Shown here: piece by piece, positions 40,101-52,776 of the stretch
How positions within the stretch are numbered: position 1 is the first letter of the stretch
How the letters are laid out: each line of letters opens with the position of its first letter
Origin: Octopus sinensis
Lineage: Eukaryota
Assembly (NCBI RefSeq): GCF_006345805.1
Contig: NW_021832857.1
Span: 1-64,000, forward strand
Length of the DNA: 64,000 nucleotides
Reading direction: 5' to 3'
Notes under the pieces: model-generated
The model's database searches: none
Told to the model about the DNA's origin: nothing
What the model saw: the letters and a program-made list of their open reading frames with translations, nothing else
Made by a program: the position numbers and the translations under genes

Positions 40101-41033
40101 AGAGAGCCTCTGTGTACAAGAAATAGCAGCCATATCTCCCTCAAAACATTAACATCATTAAAAAGGTGTAGTGGACACATTAGGTGATGTATTTTTGATG
40201 TGTTGGTCATGGATAGAATGTCAATGATCATGGGCCTGAAGTTGGTAATTGTTGACCTGGGGCTAAACAACAACACATCAAAGCAGAGAGCAGAAGACAG
40301 GGTTTCACTTCTCACCTGCTGCCACCTCCTTACCTTTAGTTACTATATCAACAAGAGTGGGGTTGGCAGGAAATGATGGGAAATGGGAGGGGTCTGGTGT
40401 AGTTGTTTAGCCCCAGGTCTGTCCTTATCGAACGGATCTATGTTCAAAGATGTTCCAATCATGACCATCCCATTGGACTACAGTATCCAATGTGTTTACC
40501 TCTTTTTGAGAGGACAGTGTGCCATTCGAGGAAATATGGTTGCTATTTCTAGCTTGATGAACAACCACATAGAGGCTCCTTTATTAGAATGTTTGTGTGT
40601 GTTTGTGGACCTATTCCTGTGTGGGTGTATTGTCTTCCTCAGCTGTGAGTTGAACCTCTCTTCCCCCCGATTCACTCTCCACCACCACCACCACCATTGT
40701 CACCACCATGAACATTAAATATCTTAGAGTCAACTTTATTGAACTGTGAGATCAATACAGCTAATATTTGATATAAGTAGCTTAGTAATGATGACGATGG
40801 TGGTGATGGTGGTGGTTGAGTGATCGCTAGGTGTTGGCTTATCTCCCATCTCACAACATCCAGATTAAACTCTGTTCAGCTCTGTTGACCTCTGACAATC
40901 AACACCCATGACCCTCCTTCCTCACATTTATTGATTGCTCACTACCTCTACTTTTCCGCCACACCCAGCAACTATCTCCACACAAACAGCATTGCTGCAA
41001 CCCATATCTATGAGTGTATGCTTGTGTGCGTGC

Positions 41034-41034
41034 G

Positions 41035-41104
<70 letters not shown>

Positions 41105-41177
41105 TATATATATATATACACACACACACATATATATATATACACACACACACATATATATATATACACACACACAC

Positions 41178-41220
<43 letters not shown>

Positions 41221-41279
41221 CACACACACACATATATATATATACACACACACACATATATATATATACACACACACAC

Positions 41280-41314
<35 letters not shown>

Positions 41315-41320
41315 TATATT
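41034..41320. repeat. Compound (TA)n(CA)n higher-order microsatellite, about 20-bp period
   Basis: Alternating TA and CA blocks; source of the long spurious ORFs 40899-41761. Confidence 0.9.
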
Positions 41321-41770
41321 TATAACAGTTCCATTATATGTAGAATCTACAAAAAAGTACTCTTTCCAGAAAGAGATAAATATCATTTAATATACACAAT
41401 TGTATGTATATCACCACCATCATTTAACGTCCGTTGTCCATGCTGGCATGGGTTGGACAGTTTAACCAGGGCCGGCAAGCTGAAAGGCTGCACCAGACTC
41501 CAGTCTGATTTGGCATGGTTTCTATGGCTGGATGTCCTTCCTAATGCTAACCACTCTGAGAGTGTAGTGGGTGCTTCTACGTACCACCAGCATGGGTGCC
41601 ATTTGCATGACACCAGTATCTGCCATGACTGCGGTTTTCCTTGGCTTGATGGGTCTTCATCTCAAATATATATATATCTCTCAAATATATATATATATAT
41701 ATATATATTTAGAGTGTTTGAAGTGGTGTACAAGTATTGTATATCAAGAAAAAGAAGGTAGTCAGAATTT

Positions 41771-41895
41771 TGGATAATTCTTTGTTAGCACTTTCGTTTG
41801 TTTATCAAACTCATCAAAACAAAATCAGAATGGTCATTTGATTTTGTTTTGACAAGTTTGATAAACGAATGAAGGCTCTAATAAAGAATCATCCA
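41771..41895. repeat. Imperfect palindrome with a degenerate hammerhead-like core on the - strand
   Basis: Arms tggataattc...caaaacaaaatca / tgattttgttttga...gaatcatcca. The - strand reads uuugu-u-UUGAUGA-guuug(auaaa)caaac-GAAA-g-ug-CUA-acaaa. Confidence 0.7.
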
Positions 41896-42076
41896 TTAAG
41901 GCAAAGGCAAACATCTCAAGTTGTATACAATATTATATATCTGCTGCATCAGAAATCTGCAATGGCTCCATAACTATCGTCTCAGCTGTAACTTTGGAGC
42001 CCTCGTAATCCATTACAGCACTTACCTGGCGTACCTAATCATTTAGATCACCTGTGAACTAAACCTTCATACTTTG

Positions 42077-42109
<33 letters not shown>

Positions 42110-42116
<7 letters not shown>

Positions 42117-42970
42117 CATCATCGTCGTCTTTTAATATCTTCTTTCCATGGACTGAGAACTGGCAAGCCAGAAGGCTGCACCAGGCTCCGATCTGATCTG
42201 GCAATGTTTCTACAGCTGGATGCCCTTCCTAATGCCAACCACTCCGACAATGTAGTCGGTGCTTTTTACGTACCACCAGCACAAGGGTAAATCAGGCAGT
42301 ACTGGCATCGACTACACTTGAATGGTGCTTTTTATGTGCCAGCAGCATGGGGGCCAGTTAAGCAGCACTGTCAACAAACACACTTGAATGGTGCTTTTTA
42401 AGTACCATCGACACTGGTGCCAATCAGGCAGTACTGTCATCAGTCTCGACAATGACTTCACTTGCCTCAACAGGTCTTCGCTAGTGCAGTTTATTGCCCA
42501 ATGATTGAAGGGTACTCTTAAATGGGTTGGTTATGCTGCACTAGCATAGGCATTGCTTATGGTCTCACTTAGCTTGCTGGGTCTTCTCAAGCACTGCATA
42601 TCTCCAATGGTCTTCATCACTTGTCATCGCCTCAGTGAGTCCAAACGTTTGAAGGTCGTGCTTCACCACTTCATCCCAGGTCTTCTTTGGTCTACCTCTT
42701 CCACAGGTTCCCTCTACTGCTAGGGTGTGACACTTCTTCACACCACTCTCCTCATCCATATGCATCGCATGACCATAACAGCGCAGTCGTCTCTCTTGCA
42801 CACCGCATCTGATGCTTCTTAGGTCCAACATTTCCCTCAGGGTGCTTACACTCTGTCATGTATGTACACTGACATTATACATCCAGCAGATCATACTAGC
42901 TTCATTTCTTTCAAGCCTACGCATATCTTCAGCAGTCACAGCCCATATTTCACTGCCATGTAGCATGGCT
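42110..42970 (-). mobile_element. Decayed RTE LINE 3' end
   Basis: Track ORF 42565..42831 (-) CGVQERRLRCYGHAMHMDE...GRGRPKKTWDEVVKHDL matches the 31-kb ORF end. Confidence 0.85.
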
Positions 42971-43424
42971 GTTTACACACATTCCTCATAGAAAAGACTG
43001 GATGGTCATAGCTGGAACATCTTTGATCATTGGTCTGTTGGATCAAGACTGACCTTGGGCTAAACAACAACGGAGACCACATTAAATAAAACTGAATGGA
43101 AAAATGGGATGGTCATAACTGGAACATTTTTGATCATTGGACTGACCTGGGGGACAAACAACAACAATGGAGGACACATTAGATAATGTAGTCCTAGATG
43201 CACTTATGTCTGAATAAAAAATTGGAAGGTCATGGCTGGAACGTCTTTAACCACTGAATTGTAGCTGACTTGGAGCTATAACACAGAAGGACACCCTGGA
43301 TAATGTAATTGTTGTTTAGCTGTAGGTCAGTCCTGATTCAGTAGATCAATGATCAAAGATGTTCCAGCCATGACCATTCCATCTTTTATTCAAACATAAG
43401 GATAACTCACTGGCATTCCACTAG

Positions 43425-43690
43425 TTATGACAATGAATCTTCCTTTTGATCTGATCAACAGAAGAGACTGCACATGAGATTAACTTGCAAGTGGCTGAAG
43501 ACACCACAGACAGTTGTACCCTTAATGTAGTTCTCAGGGTGATTCAGCACGACACGGAATATGACCAGACTGGGCCCTTTGAATTACTGGTACAACTCAT
43601 TTTTGCTAACTGAGTGGACTGGAATATAATGTGTTTCTTAAGGACACAACGCACAGCCGGGAATTGAACTCATGACTTTATGATTGACTT
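43425..43690 (-). mobile_element. tRNA-type CORE-like SINE
   Basis: Reverse-complement match to 60680-60990. Confidence 0.65.
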
Positions 43691-43869
43691 TTCCTTCACC
43701 ACTAAACCACAGGCCTTTTTGGACTACATTGTCTAATGTCTCTTTGCTGTATCTCTTAGAAGTCCGGTGTTGATTAGTTCTTACTGACTGTGATCATCTC
43801 TGACTTGGTTGCTGATATTTCACTTGTTAGAACCAGGGGCTTCTCTCCTGGGGTCCTATTTCCACACAT

Positions 43870-44540
43870 ATCATTCAAAAACTAATTCTAAATTACAAAA
43901 CCACCTTAAAGACTTTTTCTAAGAAATTATAAGAATTGGTCAGCCAAAATCATCAGCTTCTGGAGAAACAGAATGAAATTGTAGAAGAAATAAAGTGAAA
44001 GGAGTTGCTCTTGATGGAATTTTCATGAAGAGATTAGATTAAAAAAATGGTTTTTGTTTCTCATTTTAGACAAGGAATTTCAATGTTGATGGAATTAGAG
44101 AAAAATTTGGGATTAACAGAAGAATTAAAAAAGAAATAAGAACTTTGAAAAATTCAATATTTCTTTAGAGTGATATACATGTTGAAGTAAGCAGAGATAC
44201 ATCAATGTAAATGGACACCAATTTGGTAAAGCCCGGAATTTCAATGGGATCCAAATTTATGGAAGTTTATCTGCTGAAAAATCATTATTGAACTTTGAGA
44301 AACTTTCTGACTTCAGCTTTGGCTTGGCAACAAATCTTGTTTCAGTGGTAAATGATAGAACAAGTGCCAGCGTTCATTTTGGTAACACTGTTAATTGTGA
44401 GCATTAATTGTGTTACATCAATTTCATTTGGCTGTGATGGTCTTTACAGGAAAACTGAATCTAATTGTGATGAAGCAAATTTCACTAACGACCTTTCTTA
44501 AAAGAGCAAGTTTGAAAATATATTCAATGATGATGATCAA
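43870..44540 (+). mobile_element. Highly decayed hAT (hobo-like) transposase remnant
   Basis: KQRYINVN..., IYGSLSAEKSLLNFEKL..., LVSVVNDRTS (cf. IVSxxTDGAS) and LCYINFI (cf. LCYAHGI); many stops and frameshifts. Confidence 0.55.
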
Positions 44541-46887
44541 ATTGTAGTTTCTCCAGTGAGAAAATTCTCATTTAACGTCCACTTTCAATGCTTGCATGGG
44601 TCAGATGGAATTCATTGAAGCAGATTTTCTATGGTCAGATGCTCTTCTTGGTGCCATTCACCTCTCTCCAGGCCAAGTAGTATTTCCCTTGGCCAGAAAT
44701 GTCCTTCGACATCCCACAGGATGATGTGTGGTGTCAGTCTTGTAACAAAATACATCTGCCCTTGGGAAAATCTGACCTTGCTTGGAAATAGCTGAAAGTT
44801 GGTGACAAGAAGGGCAAAACCGACCAAAGGACATCTGCCTCAGTCACCACTGTCTGGCCCAGACAAGCATGGACATGCGGAGGTCAAATGCTGTTGATAA
44901 TATCTATCTACCTACCTGTCTGTCTGTCTCCCTCTCTCTTGTCTCTCTGCTTGTCTCTCTCTCTTTCCTCCTCTCTCCCTCTTCGTCTTTATCTCGTCTG
45001 TCTGCCTGCTCGTCTCTGTTTCTCTATTTATAGAGACACACACCCACACAATGGACTTCTTTCAGTTTCCATCTACCATATCTACTCACAAGGCTTTGGT
45101 CAACCTGCAGTGAAAATAGAAGACGCTTGCCCACGGTGTCATGCAGTGTGGCTTGAACCCAAAACCACATGGCTGCAAAGTGAGATCCTTAACCACGCAG
45201 CTGGCCCTTTTCTTTCAAGGTTCCCCTCACGGTCACCCCATCACCACCACCACCACCACCATCCTCCCATTTATTAAATATGTTTCTTTGAGTTAATGTT
45301 GTCAAATATTTGAGAAAATTATTTCTGAATTTATTTTTGTTGTAAATTGTTATTTTTTGATACAAAACAAACTTTTTTTGTCTTTTTTTAAAAAATGTTT
45401 TATGTTTTCTGTCGGTGATTTTTGCCTTTTTGGTGTCTGAAAGTTTTAAACCATTGAGTAAGAGAATTAAAAAATCTGGGTCCATTCCTGAGAAATTCAC
45501 CATCATCACCACTACCATCAGCATCACCATGACCATCTTCATCATCATCATCACCACTACCATCAGCATCAGCATCACCATCCTCATCATCATTATCACC
45601 ATCACCACTGCCGTCATTTCTTTATATTCGTTAATGTGGTGGCTATAATCCATTGCCCACATCTCAGCCATTTATTATCTCTCACCTACAAGAGATGAGT
45701 CTTCATCTTTTTGTATATTGTTATTGTTTTATAGCTCAATGCCCTTCCTGTGGCCACCCACCCCCTTGAAATGGGGAGGGGCAGTCTCATCATATATGCA
45801 CAACTGGAGGGGTCTGTTTGCCAGGACTACCCCACCGATTTCTACTCTAAGATATATATATCTAAATTTCCATGGTTCTGTCATTTGACTGTGACCCCTA
45901 AGTGCATGGCCTGGTGGTTGGGGTGTTGCAATCAGGATCGTGGAATCATGGTTTCAGTTCCTGGATCAGGTGAAGCATTTTGTTCTCCAGCAAAACACTT
46001 CATCTCATGTTGGTCTGTGATCACTTGGGCATCTAATGTGTTGAGTGCTGCCCACTTGTTCAGGCGATGTCGATTTGATGGAGGATGTGAGCTGATGTAC
46101 AACATTTGATCACAAGAAACAAATCAATCTTTCGTCTCGTTCAGCAAAAACTGAACACTCATACATTGTCTTCGACAGGATATTCCATCATGTATATGTG
46201 TGTGTGTGTATATATATATATACACACACACACTCACACACACATCTTCATCATTTAACGTCCGTTTTCCATGCTGGCATGGGTTGGACAGTTTGACTTG
46301 GGACTGGCAAGCCAGAAAGCTGCACCAGGCTTCAGTCTGGTTTGGCAAGGTTTCTACAGCTGGATGCCCTTCCTAACACCAACCACTCCGAAAGTGTAGT
46401 GGGTGCTTTTTACGTGCCACTGGCGCGGGAGCCATTCAGGTGGCACTGGCATTGACCACGTACAGATGGTGCTTGTTACATACATGCCACTGGATATATG
46501 TGTGTGTTTGTGTTTTAGCAGTTAATATGAAATTAAATAAATGGCATCAGAAATTACATAATCAACTTCATCAGCTTACAGCTGTTTCTGCTACAAGCTG
46601 TAATGCACTCAGAGCTATGAATGCAGTTAGAGGTTGATATTAAGTTGGATATCTTATATACACTCTACCCCAGTCCAATGATATGTTTCTGCCAAATTTT
46701 AAACAATAAAATATCAAGTTCTGCACTTGTACTCTGTATTAGACACTGAGTATAGGAAAGCAATCCACTTTGATTGACACAATTTCAGTAAGACCAATCC
46801 ACAATATATACATACATATGTATGCATGTATATATTGTGTATTGTCTTTCAACAAAGATAATGCACAATATATAACATACAAGTGTA

Positions 46888-46952
<65 letters not shown>

Positions 46953-47879
46953 GAAATTTAAAAAATGAAAGAAAGAGGCACTCAGCACATTTTGTAGGAG
47001 TCACATATGTTGGCATTTAAAACAGTTTGATTTGGCCCCATGCAACTTAAGGTTTTGTAGGCTCAGTTAAAGGACTCAGCTGAGCCTTATAAGCTAAGCT
47101 TGTAACCGAATCAAAGGGTTTTAAATAGCACTATATCGATAATAAACGAACACCTGCACCCAACTGTTGTTTCTAGCTGTTTGTTGACCTTTATTTTGCA
47201 AGTTCATCTTCTGTTTGTCATCATTACAGTTCCCTTACAAACTTTCAAAAGGCAAAAGACCCAATTTTCAGGCAAGTGGTTCACACTGTAGTTTTAGAAA
47301 TTTCTAGACTAGCCTTTACTCTTCTCTCACTAGAGGCCCTAGATCCCAGTCAACACATCACCTACCCACTCCCTTCACAACCCTGTCACTTCCTCCTCTC
47401 TCTGTCCCTACATACTATATAACCAACCCTTTCTCATAAAAAACTAGAATAATCCCAACTTGAAAATCAAGTGCAAACCCATCACTTCAGCTGACCCTTT
47501 GCAATACTATGGATATTCCCTTTTTAATGCCTTTTCATACTGTTTACCCCCTAATTCTCTTTAATTAAGTAAAGCACCTTCACAAATGAAGTCGATACAA
47601 GTTATTTTTTATGTCATTTTTTTTCCAAATTAATATAAATGAATATTGTTGTTGATGATGATGATGATGTCCAAATTGAAATAAAACTTCCCTTTGATAA
47701 CAATTTGTGTGATGTGAACCCTCATTCTATGATACCCCTCTCCTTTTTTTCAATTATTCAACTAAAACCTGGTAAGTTTATGTCAGTCATTTCTGTTATG
47801 GCCCAAACACCATCTTTAAGATCCCAATATATATTTGTCTTCTTATGTCCCAAACACAATGTATTTGTTTTGCTTAAAT

Positions 47880-47917
<38 letters not shown>

Positions 47918-50900
47918 GAGTCCCCGAATGTCATTGTTTGTTTTCCCCCCAAAATGTCATCTGCATGATATACTTGTGTGATGTGTGTGTCCCCTTAATT
48001 TACATGTGCTCTCCATGCTTACAAGGTTTGAGCTGGTCATCCTAATTATCTTTCTTCTTCTAGCAGCATCTCAATGAGGTCAGTTCTGGCTTGAGTCTGG
48101 TGTCATTCAGTTTCCTCGTCCCTGAGTCGTGGGCCACAAATCCTTGCTTTTACTGGGAGACAATGAAGTTTACTTTATATGGTTATGTGACCTGCTAGAC
48201 ATTGCAACCAGCCTGTCTTAAAAGAAGGACCCAGTCCTCCAGCCATACAAACTAAGGCAACACAGGGGACACTGGAACATGACCCTGTTCTTCCATGTGT
48301 TGTCTTGTATTGAACTAGTTTGTTTAGCCTTTAGCATTTAATCTGGCCAAAATATTCTGCCTTTTTTTTAATGTTCAAACTGGCCATGTCCAACATCTCA
48401 CACCTACTTTACAATGTTATAGTAAAAATAAACAATCGTATCACTGAAATTTTGAAGCCACAAGATAATGCGCATGATTAATTGAAGACATTATGACTAA
48501 GTAAGCATTAACGTTTGACATGAAAATCTGAATGCTGAAGGGTTAAGCCATAGCAATGTAAGAATTAGACATGAAATGATGGTGATGACGAGAATGTAAT
48601 CCGAGATTTCCTGTATCTATGTTGGAGCTAAACAATAACAAATTGTCTCTATTGTATGGATTGCTGTGTCAGAGGATCAAATGTTGGGCTGAGCTAACGG
48701 GAAGCTGATATATGAAACCCCTTCCGAACTCATATTTCATGCAAACAACTTGTTTGTGTAACTGAATCCCTTTCTGTGGGCCATAGGTGCTTGCAGAGAC
48801 GGACACAGGTGACAGGGTGACCTTTGGCCTGGGTAACCTCGATTCTGTTTGCTGACAGTTGATATTCTCAGCCTTTTATTAATTCAGGATGGTTTCTGTA
48901 ACTGGAGGATCAGCATTAATTGTTGTGGGTGTGTAAAGGGGGTGAATGAAATTAGGGATTCACTTTCACCCACTTCCCCCTTTATCGTCACCATCCTCAT
49001 CTTCATTAACAACATTGCAGTTATACAATAATGAATTTTTAAATTATTAAAAGAAGCAAATTAATAAAATACAATTGTTTTTTTAGCCCCAGGTCAGCCC
49101 AGTCCAGCAGACCCAGGATAAAAGGTATCCCTGCTGTCTTGCTTCAGTCATTAGTCTGTGGCTATGCTGCTACAACACCTCCAACAATTTTAGTCAAATG
49201 AATCAATCACAATACTTTGTTTTCAAAAATCTTGTTTTGAAACTTGTGATTATTCTATCAATCTCTTTTGCTGAACCATTAAGTTATGGGGGTGGGTGTA
49301 AACGCACCAACACTGGTTGTCAGGCAGTGGTCGGGGAGAACAAATACAAAGACATGCACACAGACATGCATGTGTATGTGTGTATACACACACACACATG
49401 GCTTCTTTCTGTCTCTTTCTACCAAATCCACTCTCAAGGCTTTGGTCAATGCTGTAGTCAAAGATACTTGCCCAAGGTGTCATGCAGTGGGGCTGAACCT
49501 GGAACTCTGTGGCTGGGAAGCAAACTTCTTAACATACAGCCACATATGTTGATATATGGATATGTGTACCTTTGCTACTGTGTCTAGTGGTGACCAGCTT
49601 TTGGACAAGTCCTGTGCGTGTGAACTTTCTCCACACCCTATACAACCTGGGAGGGCCAGAACCCTCCCCTACGGTCGTTAAGCAGATTACTAGAACTGTA
49701 GCCCTCCATGACTAGATTTGAGATGAATACTGGAATAATTTCCAGGCATGGGATTTGAACTCAGAATCTGGAGAGTGAAATTTACTGTAAAACATTTTTG
49801 ATGAAGGGTCTGTGTTTCCTTGTTCCGTATTATGAGCTTTGATAAGAATGACTGAATGAGAGAAGCAATCTTGAAAGCCAACATGGAGTCTTTATTCCTT
49901 TGTAATATTTGCACAGTAGTTTGGACACAAAGAAAACATTAGCAAGTTCTCTAAGGTTGTCATTTCTCCCTCATCCTGGTGATGAAGCTTATCCCATCAT
50001 TGTTTGTATGTCTTTGTTGTGTGTCGGTTCTTGTGTGGACAGCTGGTTTCTGCAACTCACCTCACCTCCCCACCTGCTGAAATGTTTGTTCAACCAATTT
50101 ATGGAGTGAAGTGGGCCCCAGAACACATACAGAAATTGTCATTTAAAATATGTTAAGCAAAACGTGATTGGACTTTTAATCCAATTTCTGTGCAACGTTT
50201 GACTAATCATGACACAGGGCTCATAACTGACCAAAAATCCATGTGATGGATATCTTAACCAATCAAATTAGTGTGGTGAGCCCACAATTTCATGATTGCT
50301 ACATGTATAAATAAAACTTAATGATCATTTAATGCAACTACACAACTTGTTCTTGCTACACATCTCTGCTAACAAGACAATGATTCTATCTCTTTCCCAC
50401 CTGCAGAACAACACAAAAACATAATGCACTGCCTGGTCCAGAATTCAAACCCACAATCTGGCAATTGTGAGGGCAATGTCCTGACTTGTAGACCACATGC
50501 TTTTTCTGTGTGTGTGTGTGTCTCCCTCACCATAGGTGCAAGTGTCATAACTGCATTAAGAACTCTGCAGTGATGATATTTCACAGGTTGCTATGACAAC
50601 TCTCAGATACACCCCACCACCACCACCACCACCATCACCTTCTCACCTATAAATCCCACCCTGCTTCTTGCTTCCATTGTAAATAGTCAATATTTCTCAA
50701 CAAACATTCAGTGTGGGATGTGGGTGTGCATGGGAGTGAGATAGACTGACGTGTGTGTGTGTGTGTGTAAGAGAGAGGCATGTGTATATGCTAGGAAGGT
50801 GTGTGTGTGTGTATTTGCATATATTTTTATATGGTTGTGCATGTGTGTGAGATTCACACTTACGTATGTATTTGTTTGTGTGTGAATGTAACCTCCACAC

Positions 50901-51660
50901 ACACAGCAACACCTTCACGCACACACACAGCCAGGTGCGTATGCACACGGAACAGCTTGAATCCATTATCTCAGTTCTCAGGTGTTGGAGTTATTAATTA
51001 GAAGTCAATGTCACCTGTTAATCTGTGTGAGCTAATAAAGGGAGTGATCTTTTAATGAGTTAATCCAGCTGTGTCTGTGTTGTTGTTTAAACCAAACTCA
51101 AGGTTACACTCAGCCTCATCTCTCACTCAATGCTATTCTTTGAGTGGAGTTACATCTACACCTCTCCTTCACCAGCTCTAATGCGACCCCCTCCCACCCC
51201 GTAATGTGTATCTTCTTGTACCTCAGCATAATCTTACCTGTCCCCTAATTTCCCACTTAACAACTGAATGGAGCCACATAAAAATATGGTAGGGGTCATT
51301 CCCAATATCAAGTGTTTCTCTGGTAGCCCCTCCACATCAGCTTCATACCCTGCTCCACCATCACCTCCACCCCTGTCCTCAGCACAGCTCCCCACCCACC
51401 CACATTCAGTAAATGATTACCCGACCCCACTCCCAGAGGTCACTGTACTTTCACAGCTGTTGTTTTTCTTGTTGTTGTTGTTTGGCCCTAGCACAGTCTA
51501 ATCCTAATCAAGCAGACTTATGATCAAAGACGCTACAACCATGACCATCCCATCTAGGTGCGCATTATCTATAAGAACGTAATGATGGTTTGGCTGTTAT
51601 TTCAAGTGACCACCACAACCTAGTGCCTGGTGCTGTAATGCCGTCCTTTCTCTCTTTCAG

Positions 51661-51789
51661 AACACAGCCTGTCTCGATGACTTTGACAGAATCAAAACCC
51701 TCGGCACTGGATCGTTTGGCCGTGTGATGTTGGTCCAACACAAGGCCAACAAGGAATACTATGCCATGAAGATACTGGACAAACAAAAG
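51661..51789 (+). CDS. Pka-C1: PKA catalytic subunit, exon 3: [43 protein letters not shown]
   Basis: ctttcag acceptor, gtaaca donor, 129 nt. Contains the Gly-rich loop GTGSFG and the AMK catalytic lysine. Confidence 0.97.
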
Positions 51790-52741
51790 GTAACACACTT
51801 TCTCTTACACTGTAGTCACCACACTACTGCAGTCTATACTGTGGGGTGTTAGATGAGGAATTATTTTGCTGCAAAAATATGTGCAGCAGAAGTAGTATTG
51901 GATTAAAATAGCTATTTATGTATCATATTTAATGTAAACACATTGTAATAATATCTCCTATTATGGATGTGCTGTGTTTAAAACCAGCTGGTGGAAGATC
52001 TGCTGGGGTTAAACGAGTAGTAACATGGAAAGCATGACTCTCACTAACAATACACTAAGGGACCAAGAGACAAGCTAAGTGCAAGATATTCAGCTCGGTA
52101 GAGCTACGAGTTGTCTATGTGAGTTAGCCTTCTCCTAGAGGGATGCCTTGACAAAGACCAGAAGTCCCTCACCCCCAGTGGGCATATGTATGCATGCACG
52201 CAGGTATATGTATGTATGTATGTATGTGTATATAAATTATACAATTTTGAGTTGAGATTGTTAACTTTAACAATACTCAGAAACAGGCTAGAATTAAAGT
52301 GCTCTAATTAAAGTGCTCTAATTAAAGTGCTCTAATTGAGCTCTGTTCCAATTAATGATTTCAGTGGAGGCAATACCAGCAGAAAACTCGATGACCTATT
52401 ATCCAATAGAATATTCAATATCCATCTCTATACACACACACAGCCATGGAGAGAGAGAGTGATTGTGTAGAGGAGGAAAGGCAAGTTGTCACTGCTGTCT
52501 ACATCCGAGTAGGCTACGGGCTGTTCACTACTTTTGTAAAGAACCATTGATTCCTTACCAATTCAGTGAATTAAAAATATTGTCACTCATTTGACTTTGA
52601 TGTTGTTGTTGCTGCTGTTCTCCTCTTTGTCAGCTGTCAATTTTTATTCACACTGAAACACCAGGAAATGTGCTGCATTCTCTCTCTCTCTCTCTCTCTC
52701 CCCACCTCCCCCTCTTTCCACCTGCTAACTACTGCCATTCC

Positions 52742-52776
<35 letters not shown>

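Noticed and set aside
40899-41761. 276-aa and other long YI/TH/CV-rich ORFs
   Set aside because: Translations of TA/CA microsatellites, which lack stop codons; the same applies to similar ORFs at 128-597, 1200-1505, 11812-12267 and 30245-31075.
45189-45671. 160-aa Met/Val-rich ORF
   Set aside because: Antisense translation of a (CAT/CAC)n repeat at about 45500-45610.
52292-52344. 14-bp tandem repeat (aattaaagtgctct x3.5) with TAATTA homeodomain-like sites
   Set aside because: A simple local slippage repeat; no evidence of function from sequence alone.
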